Below are positions 55,187 through 64,000 of a stretch of 64,000 bases of DNA, piece after piece. The stretch lies in the IMG/VR virus record IMGVR_UViG_3300037297_000328; one strand, 5' to 3'. Made by a program: the position numbers and the translations under genes. The notes under the pieces are model-generated. The model saw only the letters and a list, made by a program, of their open reading frames with translations. It was not told where the DNA came from and made no database searches. The stretch is from an uncultured virus (IMG/VR IMGVR_UViG_3300037297_000328). Its lineage: Duplodnaviria > Heunggongvirae > Uroviricota > Caudoviricetes. The first letter of the stretch is position 1. The number at the start of each line of letters is the position of its first letter.

Positions 55187-55420
55187 ATGAAAAAGAAAAA
55201 ACCATCTTTAGGATTAACAAAAAAACAGCGAAGTGCCATTGTGAAAAAGGCACGTGCAAAAAAGGACTTAGGAAAGCCTGGCAAGGATTTTAAGAAAGTG
55301 GAGACAAAAGCGTATACCTATTACCGAAAGAAAGGAAAAAGTCCGGCAACGGCCAGAAAAATAGCTAAAAAAGTGGCTGCAAGTCAGTTTTGGAAAACGC
55401 AGGCAAAAAATAAAAGATAA
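55187..55420 (+). CDS. small highly basic protein
   Basis: 77 aa, K/R/A-rich. Confidence 0.7.
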   Translation: MKKKKPSLGLTKKQRSAIVKKARAKKDLGKPGKDFKKVETKAYTYYRKKGKSPATARKIAKKVAASQFWKTQAKNKR

Positions 55421-55807
55421 TGGCACAAGGAATACAAGTAAATAACAGTGGAGAAACAGATATTTTTTATATAGAAAGAAAAAAAAGAGAACTATATCAA
55501 TATCGTGAAAGACATAGTAATTCTGATATAAAAATGGTTGTTTCAACTGTTGAAAATAAGCACCTAGCAGATAAAGGGATAATAAATAGAATTAAAAAAA
55601 TACCCGTTAATGGTAAGGGACGGAATATAAGTAACCTAGGAAAGCTTATATTCCGAATGGCCCGAAAAATAATAATAGCTCTAAGAATTAGATTCTAATT
55701 TCAGGGTTTTAATTTCTAAAAAAATACCGGAATACAGGAAAGTTTTAATAAAGTATTGAGATATTTGTCTAATAGCTTATATCTCAATACTAAATACTTA
55801 TTTAAAT

Positions 55808-56659
55808 ATGGAAGAATTTAATAAGATTAAACAAAACACTGGAACATTCCTGTTGAATATGAAAAAATCTCCGTTGGATGACAGGGATTTTAAAGCTGAA
55901 ACTATCTATCCGGATCAGGTAGAGCTCCCAAAGAAACTTGACCTAAGACCTTATCTATACCCTGTGGTTAATCAGGGTGTTCAGGGTACGTGTAGTGCAC
56001 AAGTAGCAGCCTGTATGAAAGAATACCAGGAATATAAGTTACAGAAATTAACGGGCATTGAAGGTGATATGTCGCCTCAGTTTGTATACAATTTGCGCGA
56101 AGAGCCAGATTACGAAGGCATGACGCCGCGCGAAACAATGAAAATTTTGCAACAATATGGTATTTGCCGTGAAGCCATATATCCTTATAATACTATTGAA
56201 TACCCAATGTATATTTCGCAGGATGCCTATGCCGATGCACTTACTTTTCGTATTCAAAATTATGCACAAATCAATACAATTGATGCACTGAAAAAAGCAT
56301 TAGTAAAGGATGGTGTATGTTATATTTGTTTTCCAGTGTATAACTCAGGTATGCAAATGTGGAAGGCCGCACAGGGAGATATAGATATGGGTGGCCATGC
56401 GATGGCTGTAGTAGGCTATGATGACGACAAAGAACATTTTATCATTCGCAACTCATGGGGCGAAGATTGGGGTGATAATGGCTATACCTATTATCCGTAT
56501 GAAGATTTTGGGGCGCATTGGGAAATATGGGGTAGTGTGGACAAAGAGAGCGCATGGCCGGAATTTGATGTGAGTGAATATAAACAGCCTATTAAGGCAA
56601 GTCATTTACTTTGGATAGGTGCGGCAATATTGTTAATATATGTTTATGCAACTAAGTAA
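55808..56659 (+). CDS. papain-like C1 cysteine peptidase with C-terminal TM
   Basis: QG.QGTC, GGHAM.VVGYDD, IRNSWG.DWGDNGY; LLWIGAAILLIYVY. Confidence 0.93.
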   Translation: MEEFNKIKQNTGTFLLNMKKSPLDDRDFKAETIYPDQVELPKKLDLRPYLYPVVNQGVQGTCSAQVAACMKEYQEYKLQKLTGIEGDMSPQFVYNLREEPDYEGMTPRETMKILQQYGICREAIYPYNTIEYPMYISQDAYADALTFRIQNYAQINTIDALKKALVKDGVCYICFPVYNSGMQMWKAAQGDIDMGGHAMAVVGYDDDKEHFIIRNSWGEDWGDNGYTYYPYEDFGAHWEIWGSVDKESAWPEFDVSEYKQPIKASHLLWIGAAILLIYVYATK

Positions 56660-57140
56660 AGAGCAAAACAAATCGTGTTGGCAGTTATTTATTTTATAAT
56701 TGCCCTGGTTTATTCTTTATTTTTGGCATACGTGGCTGATAAAATAAAGCATTACGAGTCAACTGAATTCGTTATTATCACATTTGCCATCCTTGTTTCA
56801 GCTTTTTTTATTATATTTGCATTAGTCGCGATTGGAAAATGTTTTTTTAGAATAGATGATTAAAGAAATTATAAATTATAGATTATAAATTAAAAATCAT
56901 GAAAAAAGTAAAGAAAACTACAAAATACTTAGTATCAAGAACTGTTTTTTCAGACTATGAATTAAAACTAATTTCCGATAAAGGAATTAAACTTAAAAAA
57001 AGAAACAATAGATATTATGTTACGGTGAAACCTAAATTTACGGGCAATTTTAATTCTGTAGACGTTTTAGTTGTAGGTTATCCTACAATGACGAAAACTC
57101 TAAATACTGGATACTTAAAGTCTTACTAATTTCTAAATAC

Positions 57141-57406
57141 ATGCCACTATTCGTTTCGAAAACTGCGGTACCATTGATAATACCGCACTAGGTTTTTACT
57201 GGTGCCGTAAAAGCATTCGTTTTAAAAGCAAACAACTGGATGGAAAGGCATTGTGTTCTGAATGTGTTCCACCTGAATTTTACGATGGAAGCAAGAACGA
57301 TGGAGGAAAATGGCATAACAAGTTTCCCAAAGAAAAATTTGATATAAAAAAGCACGATACAAACGATTATATTAATATTAATCAAAAAGGCGAGATAATA
57401 CATTGA
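57141..57406 (+). pseudogene. frameshifted Cys-rich phage gene
   Basis: MPLFV then shifted frame ENCGTIDNTALGFYW...ALCSEC.P...GKWH.KF. Confidence 0.55.
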
Positions 57407-57589
57407 AAAATACCAGGACATATCAGAACTTAATCAGTCGTCTTGGAATTGTTTATTGGAGCAATTCTACATGGGAAATAGTTGATATCAATGTAAAAGA
57501 AGAATAATTTATATTAGGAGTATTATATAAGCACATTGAGATAAGGTCAATGTTTCATATTTTACAGTCAAATAATTAAATAGGAATAC

Positions 57590-57814
57590 ATGGTATTAAA
57601 AACTAAATACAACATTGGCGATAAGATATGGTTTGTATCGCACAATATGGTAAATTCAGGACGTATTGATGCGGTAAGTGCTTCAGTAATTAAGAGGATA
57701 TCAGGGGTTTCATCTCGTGTATTTTATCGTATAGAAGGCACGCTTGTTGAAATAGATGAAAAATATGCATTTGAATCGAAAGAGGATTTGAAAAACGCCT
57801 TATTTTCTGAATAA
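57590..57814 (+). CDS. small phage hypothetical protein
   Basis: TKYNIGDKIWF...FESKEDL. Confidence 0.7.
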   Translation: MVLKTKYNIGDKIWFVSHNMVNSGRIDAVSASVIKRISGVSSRVFYRIEGTLVEIDEKYAFESKEDLKNALFSE

Positions 57815-58509
57815 TGAAAAAAGTCCTGATAGCAACTCCAACCAGTACAAACAAAGACTATATTTTCCTTGACTGGTTTATCCATACCAGCAATTTTACT
57901 TATCCGAATAAAGAAATAATTATCTGCGATAATTCCCATGATATTACTTATCATGAGAAATTAAAAGCAATGGGTGTAAATTGCCTGTATGTGGCACCAA
58001 AAAGCCGGCGATCTCATGATTACATTACCGAGAGCCAAAACGTGCTCAGGGATTATTTTTTAAAAGGCAATTACGATTATTTTTTTTCATTAGAGGTCGA
58101 TATTTTTCCTCCGCGCAATATAATTGAGAAACTATTAACTGCAAATAAAAAGATAGTGGCGGCTCCTTATTTTTGGAATTTCGGAAAACAAAGCCAGGTG
58201 TTGTTGGTTTATTTCAGGCAAACCGGCGAAAAAGAATTTATTACCCATGAACCCGATTTTGCTGAAACCCTGCAGTTCTTCGATGGTAATGTAAATCAAA
58301 TTTACGAAAATGGTATTGGTTGCACATTAATTTCCCGGGAAATAATCGAAAAAATACCCTTTCGTGTTGAGTCCGGGAAACCTGGTTATTCTGATACTTA
58401 TTTTTATATCGATTTATTTAAGCTAGGATATAAAAACTGGATGGATACCAGCGTATTTTGTAAGCATTACAATAGCGATTGGGGCGGAATTATTGATAAT
58501 TATGTATAA
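57814..58509 (+). CDS. GT2-like glycosyltransferase
   Basis: KVLIATPT, DNS, YFFSLEVD, GIGCTLI.R, SD..F, DTSV.CKH. Confidence 0.85.
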   Translation: MKKVLIATPTSTNKDYIFLDWFIHTSNFTYPNKEIIICDNSHDITYHEKLKAMGVNCLYVAPKSRRSHDYITESQNVLRDYFLKGNYDYFFSLEVDIFPPRNIIEKLLTANKKIVAAPYFWNFGKQSQVLLVYFRQTGEKEFITHEPDFAETLQFFDGNVNQIYENGIGCTLISREIIEKIPFRVESGKPGYSDTYFYIDLFKLGYKNWMDTSVFCKHYNSDWGGIIDNYV

Positions 58510-58850
58510 CGTATGGTGGTATGGATTAAAATTTTAACGGATTAGAAATATGGAATTTATAGAATACTTTAAAGAACGAGAAAAAGACCTAATAAAAGCA
58601 GTTGGTGAAAAAGAATGGGAAGATAACAAGGTATATTATGTAGAAGAAATAATTGAAATAGTAAACGAATGGCAATTAAAATTTTTACCTATATCACGTG
58701 TTAGCAATTTGTTGTGTGGCTTTTTCGGGCCTAAAAATGACAGTAGTTCAGCAACAATATGTAAGCATTGTGGAAGAGAAAAATGGATGCACCCAAAAGT
58801 CACATAATTGTTGCTAACGCTGAGCTAAACAGCGTTTTAATGCTGTTTAA
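58504..58850. mobile_element. single cassette E with long attC-like site followed by a minimal site
   Basis: gtatAAC gtatg GTGGTATGG.TTAAAATTTTAA...TTAAAATTTTTACCTATATCAC gt GTTagcaa; end ttgctAAC; then TAAACAGC gttttaat GCTGTTTA. Confidence 0.7.
58550..58807 (+). CDS. cassette hypothetical protein
   Basis: First about 50 codons lie within the attC-like site; CKHCG. Confidence 0.65.
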   Translation: MEFIEYFKEREKDLIKAVGEKEWEDNKVYYVEEIIEIVNEWQLKFLPISRVSNLLCGFFGPKNDSSSATICKHCGREKWMHPKVT

Positions 58851-59077
58851 GGTATGAAAAGGATATATTAAATTTCAAGCAAGCAATCAAAGAAGTTAAA
58901 AGTGAGTGGGGTAAATTTTTGAATTTAAGCTAACGACTTTATTTATCTTATTTTCAACTACTTGCGATTTATTTCAAATAATCTTGAAAAAAAAACGATT
59001 AAATGTATTTTATATTAAAATAATGTTTATATTTGTAGAGTCAAAAGCAATAAAGCAAAAACTTAAAAATTTTAAAA

Positions 59078-59308
59078 ATGGGAAAAATATTAACTTATGA
59101 TAAAGCTCGAAAAAGTGGCACAAAAATTATTGGTAAAAACACTAAAAAGTACCACGCTAAATTTATTGAAAGTACTAAAAATGGACAGGTTAGTATTTGG
59201 AAAATTAAAGGTGGTTATGCTGTTACAAGATTTTCAGATAGTTTTTCAACTATTTACAAAACAATTAGAGGTTGTAAAATGACTAAATTGTGGCAATTGC
59301 ATAAATAA
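59078..59308 (+). CDS. hypothetical protein
   Basis: 76 aa downstream of TATATTTG promoter. Confidence 0.55.
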   Translation: MGKILTYDKARKSGTKIIGKNTKKYHAKFIESTKNGQVSIWKIKGGYAVTRFSDSFSTIYKTIRGCKMTKLWQLHK

Positions 59309-59309
59309 A

Positions 59310-59480
59310 ATGAAAAATACTCACGGAGGTAAAAGAAAAAACGTAGGAAGAAAACCTGTAATTGATAAAAAGTTACAGGTTTCTTTTTACATAGAACAAT
59401 CCAAGATTGAGAGATTTGGAGGATTGAAAGAATTTAAGGCTAAAATTATTGCTCACATCAATAAAGTTGCTGCGAAGTAA
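59310..59480 (+). CDS. small DNA-binding-like protein (56 aa, not in track)
   Basis: MKNTHGGKRKNVGRKP motif. Confidence 0.6.
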   Translation: MKNTHGGKRKNVGRKPVIDKKLQVSFYIEQSKIERFGGLKEFKAKIIAHINKVAAK

Positions 59481-59775
59481 TATAGTGAATAACACTGAGC
59501 TAAACAGCGTTTTAATGCTGTTATATTTTGGTTTTTAAAATTTCAGCGATGGCAAAAGAACAGCAAAAAATAAAAGCGTTTGTAACTGAATGGACAGATA
59601 AAACAGTTACATACAACTGCTTTGAAATAGGACAAACAAGATTCTCAGATTTGAAACCATTGTTTGATGGGATGAAATTATTTAAAGGGAAAAATATTTG
59701 GTTTGAAACCGAAATAATACCAGGAATAATGACAATAAAAAACAACGAAAGCAAGAAAAACCGTTTTATTCAGCT

Positions 59776-60324
59776 TTGGAATTACTACGTGCATGGGAAA
59801 TTTTAAAAACTTTAATTGTTATAATTAATCAAAAAACAATGAGAACACCAAAAAAGATAGATTTTAATTTATTAAAGCAGGAAGCCGAAACCCAAATAGG
59901 TGAGCTGGAGAAGCTAATAGAAGAAACCCAGAACGAAATAAAAGAACTTTCGGCAAAAGAAGAGCTTACCGCCGATGAACGAAAGTTTCTTAATTTTATT
60001 AAAAATGAAGTTATTGAGCACGGGAAAAGCCTTCGTGCAAAAAAGATGCTATATGATGAATACCTTATTTGTTCTCAGGAACAAGAAATTCTTGATCAGA
60101 GGGAAAGAATTGAATGCCGTAAAAATTTTAAGTTTGTTTATCGGCAGGCTTTAAAATTGAAAAAAGATTTTGATATTCTTCCTGCTCTTCGTGCGCATTT
60201 ATCCAAAGTCTTAAAAGAATACAAAGATAGTTTTTCTCCTGAGGAAAAAACTTTATATTATATGAGTTTGAAAAGAGAGGTGAAAATATGTACCGAATAT
60301 AAAAAGAATACAGTGAAACGATAA
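59776..60324 (+). CDS. coiled-coil hypothetical protein
   Basis: Likely start MRTPKK. Confidence 0.6.
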   Translation: MELLRAWEILKTLIVIINQKTMRTPKKIDFNLLKQEAETQIGELEKLIEETQNEIKELSAKEELTADERKFLNFIKNEVIEHGKSLRAKKMLYDEYLICSQEQEILDQRERIECRKNFKFVYRQALKLKKDFDILPALRAHLSKVLKEYKDSFSPEEKTLYYMSLKREVKICTEYKKNTVKR

Positions 60325-60491
60325 AATCATTGACATTATAAAATAACTTAGTTACAATATCTCATTGTAATAGCTGTAATCCCTGACATTTTTTGTCAGG
60401 GATTATTGTTTTTATACTTGTATAATTATATAGAACTTAGTAGTTGATTTTTTAAAGCACAAGAGGGAGCCAGTAAATTAAATTCAAAACA

Positions 60492-60599
60492 ATGGAAGAT
60501 TTGAATTGGAAATATGTCGGTATTACTGCTTTAGTTGCACTGGGCGTTGTTATTATGTATGACCGTGTATTGAAGGATTATATTCCAGGCGGTAAGTAG
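60492..60599 (+). CDS. 35-aa single-TM protein (not in track)
   Basis: MEDLNWKYVGITALVALGVVIMYDRVLKDYIPGGK. Confidence 0.7.
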   Translation: MEDLNWKYVGITALVALGVVIMYDRVLKDYIPGGK

Positions 60600-60637
60600 A
60601 CAGTAAACTTATGGTTTAACTTTTTACACTTAAAAAA

Positions 60638-61228
60638 ATGGATTATAAACAAAGAATTGCCATGTATCATAATAAGGCAAACGGTGCGTACAATAACGCA
60701 AACGGTGGATTAGTCAGGGGGGCGCAAGCTCTTAATCCTGTCGATAGGACGTTGAGTGTTACACTTACTCCTATTTCAACTACTATTTCTGGTGCTGCTC
60801 GTATTTTTGGTGCTTTTGTCTCTCCTGATGAGACTTATAATACTGCCAATAACATGACAGTCGCTATATCTGAAAGTTCTCACATCCAGGTGAAAAAAGC
60901 TTCTGAAGCCAACCCGTTTAGGGTTAAAGGTGTTTTATACACCGTATCGAATGCTCTTCAGTTAGCTCAGCCTATTGTGATCACAAAGGCCAGCATAGCT
61001 GGTAGTTCTGAGATTGCCACTTGGCAGCCTCAAAATTACACTGCACCAACCAATTACAACGCTTTACAGATTAAAACATCTGCATTGCAGGCTGTGATTG
61101 ATGGTTACACCAGATTCGATATAAATTTTCTTGCGGGGTATAATGCGTCAATGATATTGACCATAAACGATAAGGTGGATCAGAGTTCACTATTATCTAA
61201 TAAGGTGCCTATCAAATCGGCAGAATAA
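60638..61228 (+). CDS. candidate major capsid protein (single jelly-roll sized)
   Basis: 196 aa, beta-strand pattern, own terminator, heads the membrane-protein cluster; fold not verified. Confidence 0.45.
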   Translation: MDYKQRIAMYHNKANGAYNNANGGLVRGAQALNPVDRTLSVTLTPISTTISGAARIFGAFVSPDETYNTANNMTVAISESSHIQVKKASEANPFRVKGVLYTVSNALQLAQPIVITKASIAGSSEIATWQPQNYTAPTNYNALQIKTSALQAVIDGYTRFDINFLAGYNASMILTINDKVDQSSLLSNKVPIKSAE

Positions 61229-61252
61229 ATCCTGTATTCCAATAATCATTTT

Positions 61253-61290
61253 AAGACGGGTTGGGAAAGTCCCAGGCCCGTCTTTTTTTT
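61253..61290 (+). terminator. intrinsic terminator
   Basis: aagacgggttggga-aag-tcccaggcccgtctttttttt. Confidence 0.85.
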
Positions 61291-61303
61291 AAATGCTCCT
61301 TTT

Positions 61304-61693
61304 ATGGATGATGAAAAAATACTTTGGACTGAATATATAGCAAGAAATAATCCTGATGCATTAAACTACTTGTTGGAGCAATATGGCTATTTACGTGCAT
61401 ACAGTCTGGAAGAAAGGTTGACCGCAATAGATACCTTGCAGCAAGAATATGGACACGAAGCAACAATCAATCTATTGCGCATCCATCCCGATTATGAGAT
61501 GATAGTTGAAGACAATGAACAACTTAACCCGCCAAAAGAAATAATAAAAGAGGTTGAAGTTCAGCAACCTCAAGTACAGGTAAGTGATCCTGTAAAAGTA
61601 AGTGTTGATAATGGATTTCATAATACATTAAAGGATGTATTACTGATTATTGGTGCTATTTGGCTCGTAAAAATAATAATATCAAAAGATTAG
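61304..61693 (+). CDS. putative virion membrane protein (C-terminal TM)
   Basis: HPDYE; VLLIIGAIWLVKIII. Confidence 0.7.
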   Translation: MDDEKILWTEYIARNNPDALNYLLEQYGYLRAYSLEERLTAIDTLQQEYGHEATINLLRIHPDYEMIVEDNEQLNPPKEIIKEVEVQQPQVQVSDPVKVSVDNGFHNTLKDVLLIIGAIWLVKIIISKD

Positions 61694-62166
61694 TGAAAGT
61701 AAATAATAAAATAATACAGCGAGCAGTTGCTCAGTCAATAGTAAGGGATACGCCCGACTTAATAAAGTTGGTGAAAAAATATAAGCCTGTTGATGATAAT
61801 ATAAGTTTGCTCGATTTATTATTTGATGTTCAATATTTGCTCGAAAATGATAGAAAATTTGCAGCAGAATACACAAATTTTCTTTTACAGAAAAAAAGAC
61901 TTATCAATTATAATAGTGCAACAGGTTTGCTTGCCGGGGTTACTAATTTAATAGGCTCTGTTGTAAATTCAAGCACCCAAAAAAAAGAGCAACAATTAGA
62001 GTATTCGAAGCTTAGTTCTCAGAATACTCAGCAATTAATGCAATTTATGATGCAGGAGGAGCAAGCGCAGCTTGAAAAGGAGAAACAAAAAACAAATATT
62101 ATATATATAGCAATAGGTTCATTCGTATTGCTGACAGGAATTGTAATTTTTGCTAAAAAAATGTAA
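61693..62166 (+). CDS. putative virion membrane protein (C-terminal TM)
   Basis: IIYIAIGSFVLLTGIVIFAKK; GTG start likely. Confidence 0.7.
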   Translation: MKVNNKIIQRAVAQSIVRDTPDLIKLVKKYKPVDDNISLLDLLFDVQYLLENDRKFAAEYTNFLLQKKRLINYNSATGLLAGVTNLIGSVVNSSTQKKEQQLEYSKLSSQNTQQLMQFMMQEEQAQLEKEKQKTNIIYIAIGSFVLLTGIVIFAKKM

Positions 62167-62168
62167 AA

Positions 62169-62426
62169 ATGTGTTGTAATAATGCAAATGGAGACATATT
62201 AAGCGGTATTGGCGATTTATTTATCTCTGATGAACAAAAAAAATTAAATGAATCGTACTTGCAGGATGCTGAATTGGAAAGGCAAAAGACAGAAGCCATG
62301 ATAGAATATCTTAGTAAGCGAAAGGCTTTGGCCGGTTCGCCAAGTGCCGGGATGGATCAGCAGACATTAATTGTTCTTGGAGGTGTTGGCGTATTAGCCG
62401 TATTTGTTATAATAATGATGACATAA
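62169..62426 (+). CDS. putative virion membrane protein (C-terminal TM)
   Basis: LIVLGGVGVLAVFVIIMM. Confidence 0.7.
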   Translation: MCCNNANGDILSGIGDLFISDEQKKLNESYLQDAELERQKTEAMIEYLSKRKALAGSPSAGMDQQTLIVLGGVGVLAVFVIIMMT

Positions 62427-62437
62427 ATAAGAATACT

Positions 62438-63019
62438 ATGAAAGGTGATGTTTTTTCAGCAACAAGCTATTATATGCCAGGCAATCAATGGAATTTTGCA
62501 GAAGGAGATATTTTCTCGGCAATAGGAGATATAATGGAGCCGTGCGAACTTGATCTGCCTTATCCTGACTCACGTTTGCAAATGCTGCGGGATACTGTTG
62601 AATTAAGGCGTGAAACGTGGGCGCAGGCGAAAGCTGCAAGGGATATTGCGTACAAGGATTGGGCCGATTGTAAGCGAAAACTATTTTGCAATGCAGGACC
62701 AAAAAATTCAACATTGAATGCCCGCGAAGGCGAAGAAGAAGCTGCGCGCGTTGCGCTTGAGTCTGCCGAGAAAAACCTTTCGCAGGCTGTGGCTGCTAAT
62801 GAGGATGCCGAGGATGATTATCGTTTTTGTGTCGATCAGTACGCGAGGATCATGAGCCAGCAATCAAAAATTGAGAGTGAAGAGCAAAAACTGGATATTG
62901 AAGAACAAAAAGTCTCAACAGTAAAACTTGAAACCAGTAAGGATTATGCCAAATATGGCCTTATCGGACTGGGTGTTGCGGGATTATTTGTATTTGGTTA
63001 TTTAATTTTTAAAAAATAA
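62438..63019 (+). CDS. coiled-coil protein with C-terminal TM
   Basis: YGLIGLGVAGLFVFGYLIFKK. Confidence 0.7.
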   Translation: MKGDVFSATSYYMPGNQWNFAEGDIFSAIGDIMEPCELDLPYPDSRLQMLRDTVELRRETWAQAKAARDIAYKDWADCKRKLFCNAGPKNSTLNAREGEEEAARVALESAEKNLSQAVAANEDAEDDYRFCVDQYARIMSQQSKIESEEQKLDIEEQKVSTVKLETSKDYAKYGLIGLGVAGLFVFGYLIFKK

Positions 63020-63030
63020 AAGCTAAAAAA

Positions 63031-63195
63031 ATGGCAAAGAAAAAATCATTAAAAGTGTATAGAGATTACACTAAGACGCATAAAAACCAAAAGGCTGCCA
63101 AAAGTCATGCCGCAAGAATACGAAAGCGTGGAGGAATGGTATCTGTAGAAAAAACTTCTGCGGGATACAGGGTAAGGTCATCATATAAAAAATAG
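63031..63195 (+). CDS. small basic protein (54 aa, not in track)
   Basis: MAKKKSLKVYRDYTKTHKNQKAAKSHAARIRKRGG... Confidence 0.6.
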   Translation: MAKKKSLKVYRDYTKTHKNQKAAKSHAARIRKRGGMVSVEKTSAGYRVRSSYKK

Positions 63196-63200
63196 AAGTC

Positions 63201-63440
63201 ATGGGAATGATGTATGTTGAGGATCCTAATAAATACTTTAATATTCCTTATATAGAGTATTTACAAAGTACTGTAGGCGATACCGGTGAGCAATTGCTTG
63301 AAGAAAAAGAGACAGAAATTGCACAGCGCAATGTCGAGGTGGGCGCTTCGAATATAGGCAAAACGCCGTTTATTATACTTGGTCTGGCAGTAATAGGATT
63401 GGTTACGATTGTGATTTTAAAAAAGAAAAAAATAATTTGA
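63201..63440 (+). CDS. putative virion membrane protein (C-terminal TM)
   Basis: FIILGLAVIGLVTIVILKKKK. Confidence 0.7.
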   Translation: MGMMYVEDPNKYFNIPYIEYLQSTVGDTGEQLLEEKETEIAQRNVEVGASNIGKTPFIILGLAVIGLVTIVILKKKKII

Positions 63441-63441
63441 G

Positions 63442-64000
63442 ATGAAATCAAGTAGAAAAATAGGAATATTCATTTTTGGGTTAGGCATAGCTGGCATAGC
63501 GGTTGCAACTTATTTTTTATTAAAAAAAGAAAAAAAAGCTAAAGTTGCGATACCTGTTCAGGATAGTGATATGCTATCCGGGGAAAAAGAGAATATTTCC
63601 GAAAGCTCTATTGATAACACCCAAACTTCAACAGATACTAAGCCTGTAGAAGTTAGACATATGACTATGTATGATATTCCTCGTCCAACTTGGTATACGC
63701 AGGAAATGGAGAAGAAATTCAGAAATAGTTATCAGGGTTACATGAGTGGCGGCGATGCCATGAAGCAAAAATACAAAGACTGGATTGCTAAGTGGCCTGG
63801 CGAAGCCTTTAGAGTAGATACTTTTGACGATTATTGTATTGAAAGTGCATTGCAGGATATTCATGCTGCATTTAGTCTTAATTTTCTGCAACTATCTGAA
63901 TTAAGAAGGTTCTATGGCGTAGGCCGCGACCGCTTGTTGCCTAAAGACCCCGAACAACCTAAGCCTGAGTGGCTGAATAAAAATGATATGGAATACCATA
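63442..64000 (+). CDS. N-terminal TM protein, runs off window end
   Basis: MKSSRKIGIFIFGLGIAGIAVATYFLLKK..., open to 64000. Confidence 0.7.
   Translation, partial: MKSSRKIGIFIFGLGIAGIAVATYFLLKKEKKAKVAIPVQDSDMLSGEKENISESSIDNTQTSTDTKPVEVRHMTMYDIPRPTWYTQEMEKKFRNSYQGYMSGGDAMKQKYKDWIAKWPGEAFRVDTFDDYCIESALQDIHAAFSLNFLQLSELRRFYGVGRDRLLPKDPEQPKPEWLNKNDMEYH

Noticed and set aside
1..64000. Alternative genetic code
   Set aside because: Standard code gives dense, full-length, motif-complete ORFs using all three stops.

Overview
AT-rich, gene-dense window that reads as most of a dsDNA phage genome of a Bacteroidota host (TAnnTTTG promoters, DUF4248 and SiaC/DUF1987 genes). I found no terminase, portal, HK97 capsid or tail genes. 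Instead there is an FtsK/HerA (A32/P9-type) ATPase with a degenerate paralogue, a candidate beta-rich capsid protein, a papain-like protease, a membrane-anchored GH108 lysozyme and many small single-TM proteins. This points to an unusually large tailless, membrane-containing virus (inference). The middle carries DNA methyltransferases, a putative replication protein and about 13 glycosyl-, methyl- and sulfotransferases. The main result is an integron-like gene-cassette system in five arrays (about 18.1-24.1, 25.7-28.8, 31.5-34.0, 38.1-39.3 and 58.5-59.5 kb) with about 20 attC-like sites. Each cassette has complementary GTT...AAC ends. The ORFs run opposite to the canonical attC polarity, and ten of them start inside the attC loop. 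Three arrays end in the same attI-like site followed by a remnant of an integrase N-terminus. All family calls come from motif recognition by eye; no searches were run.
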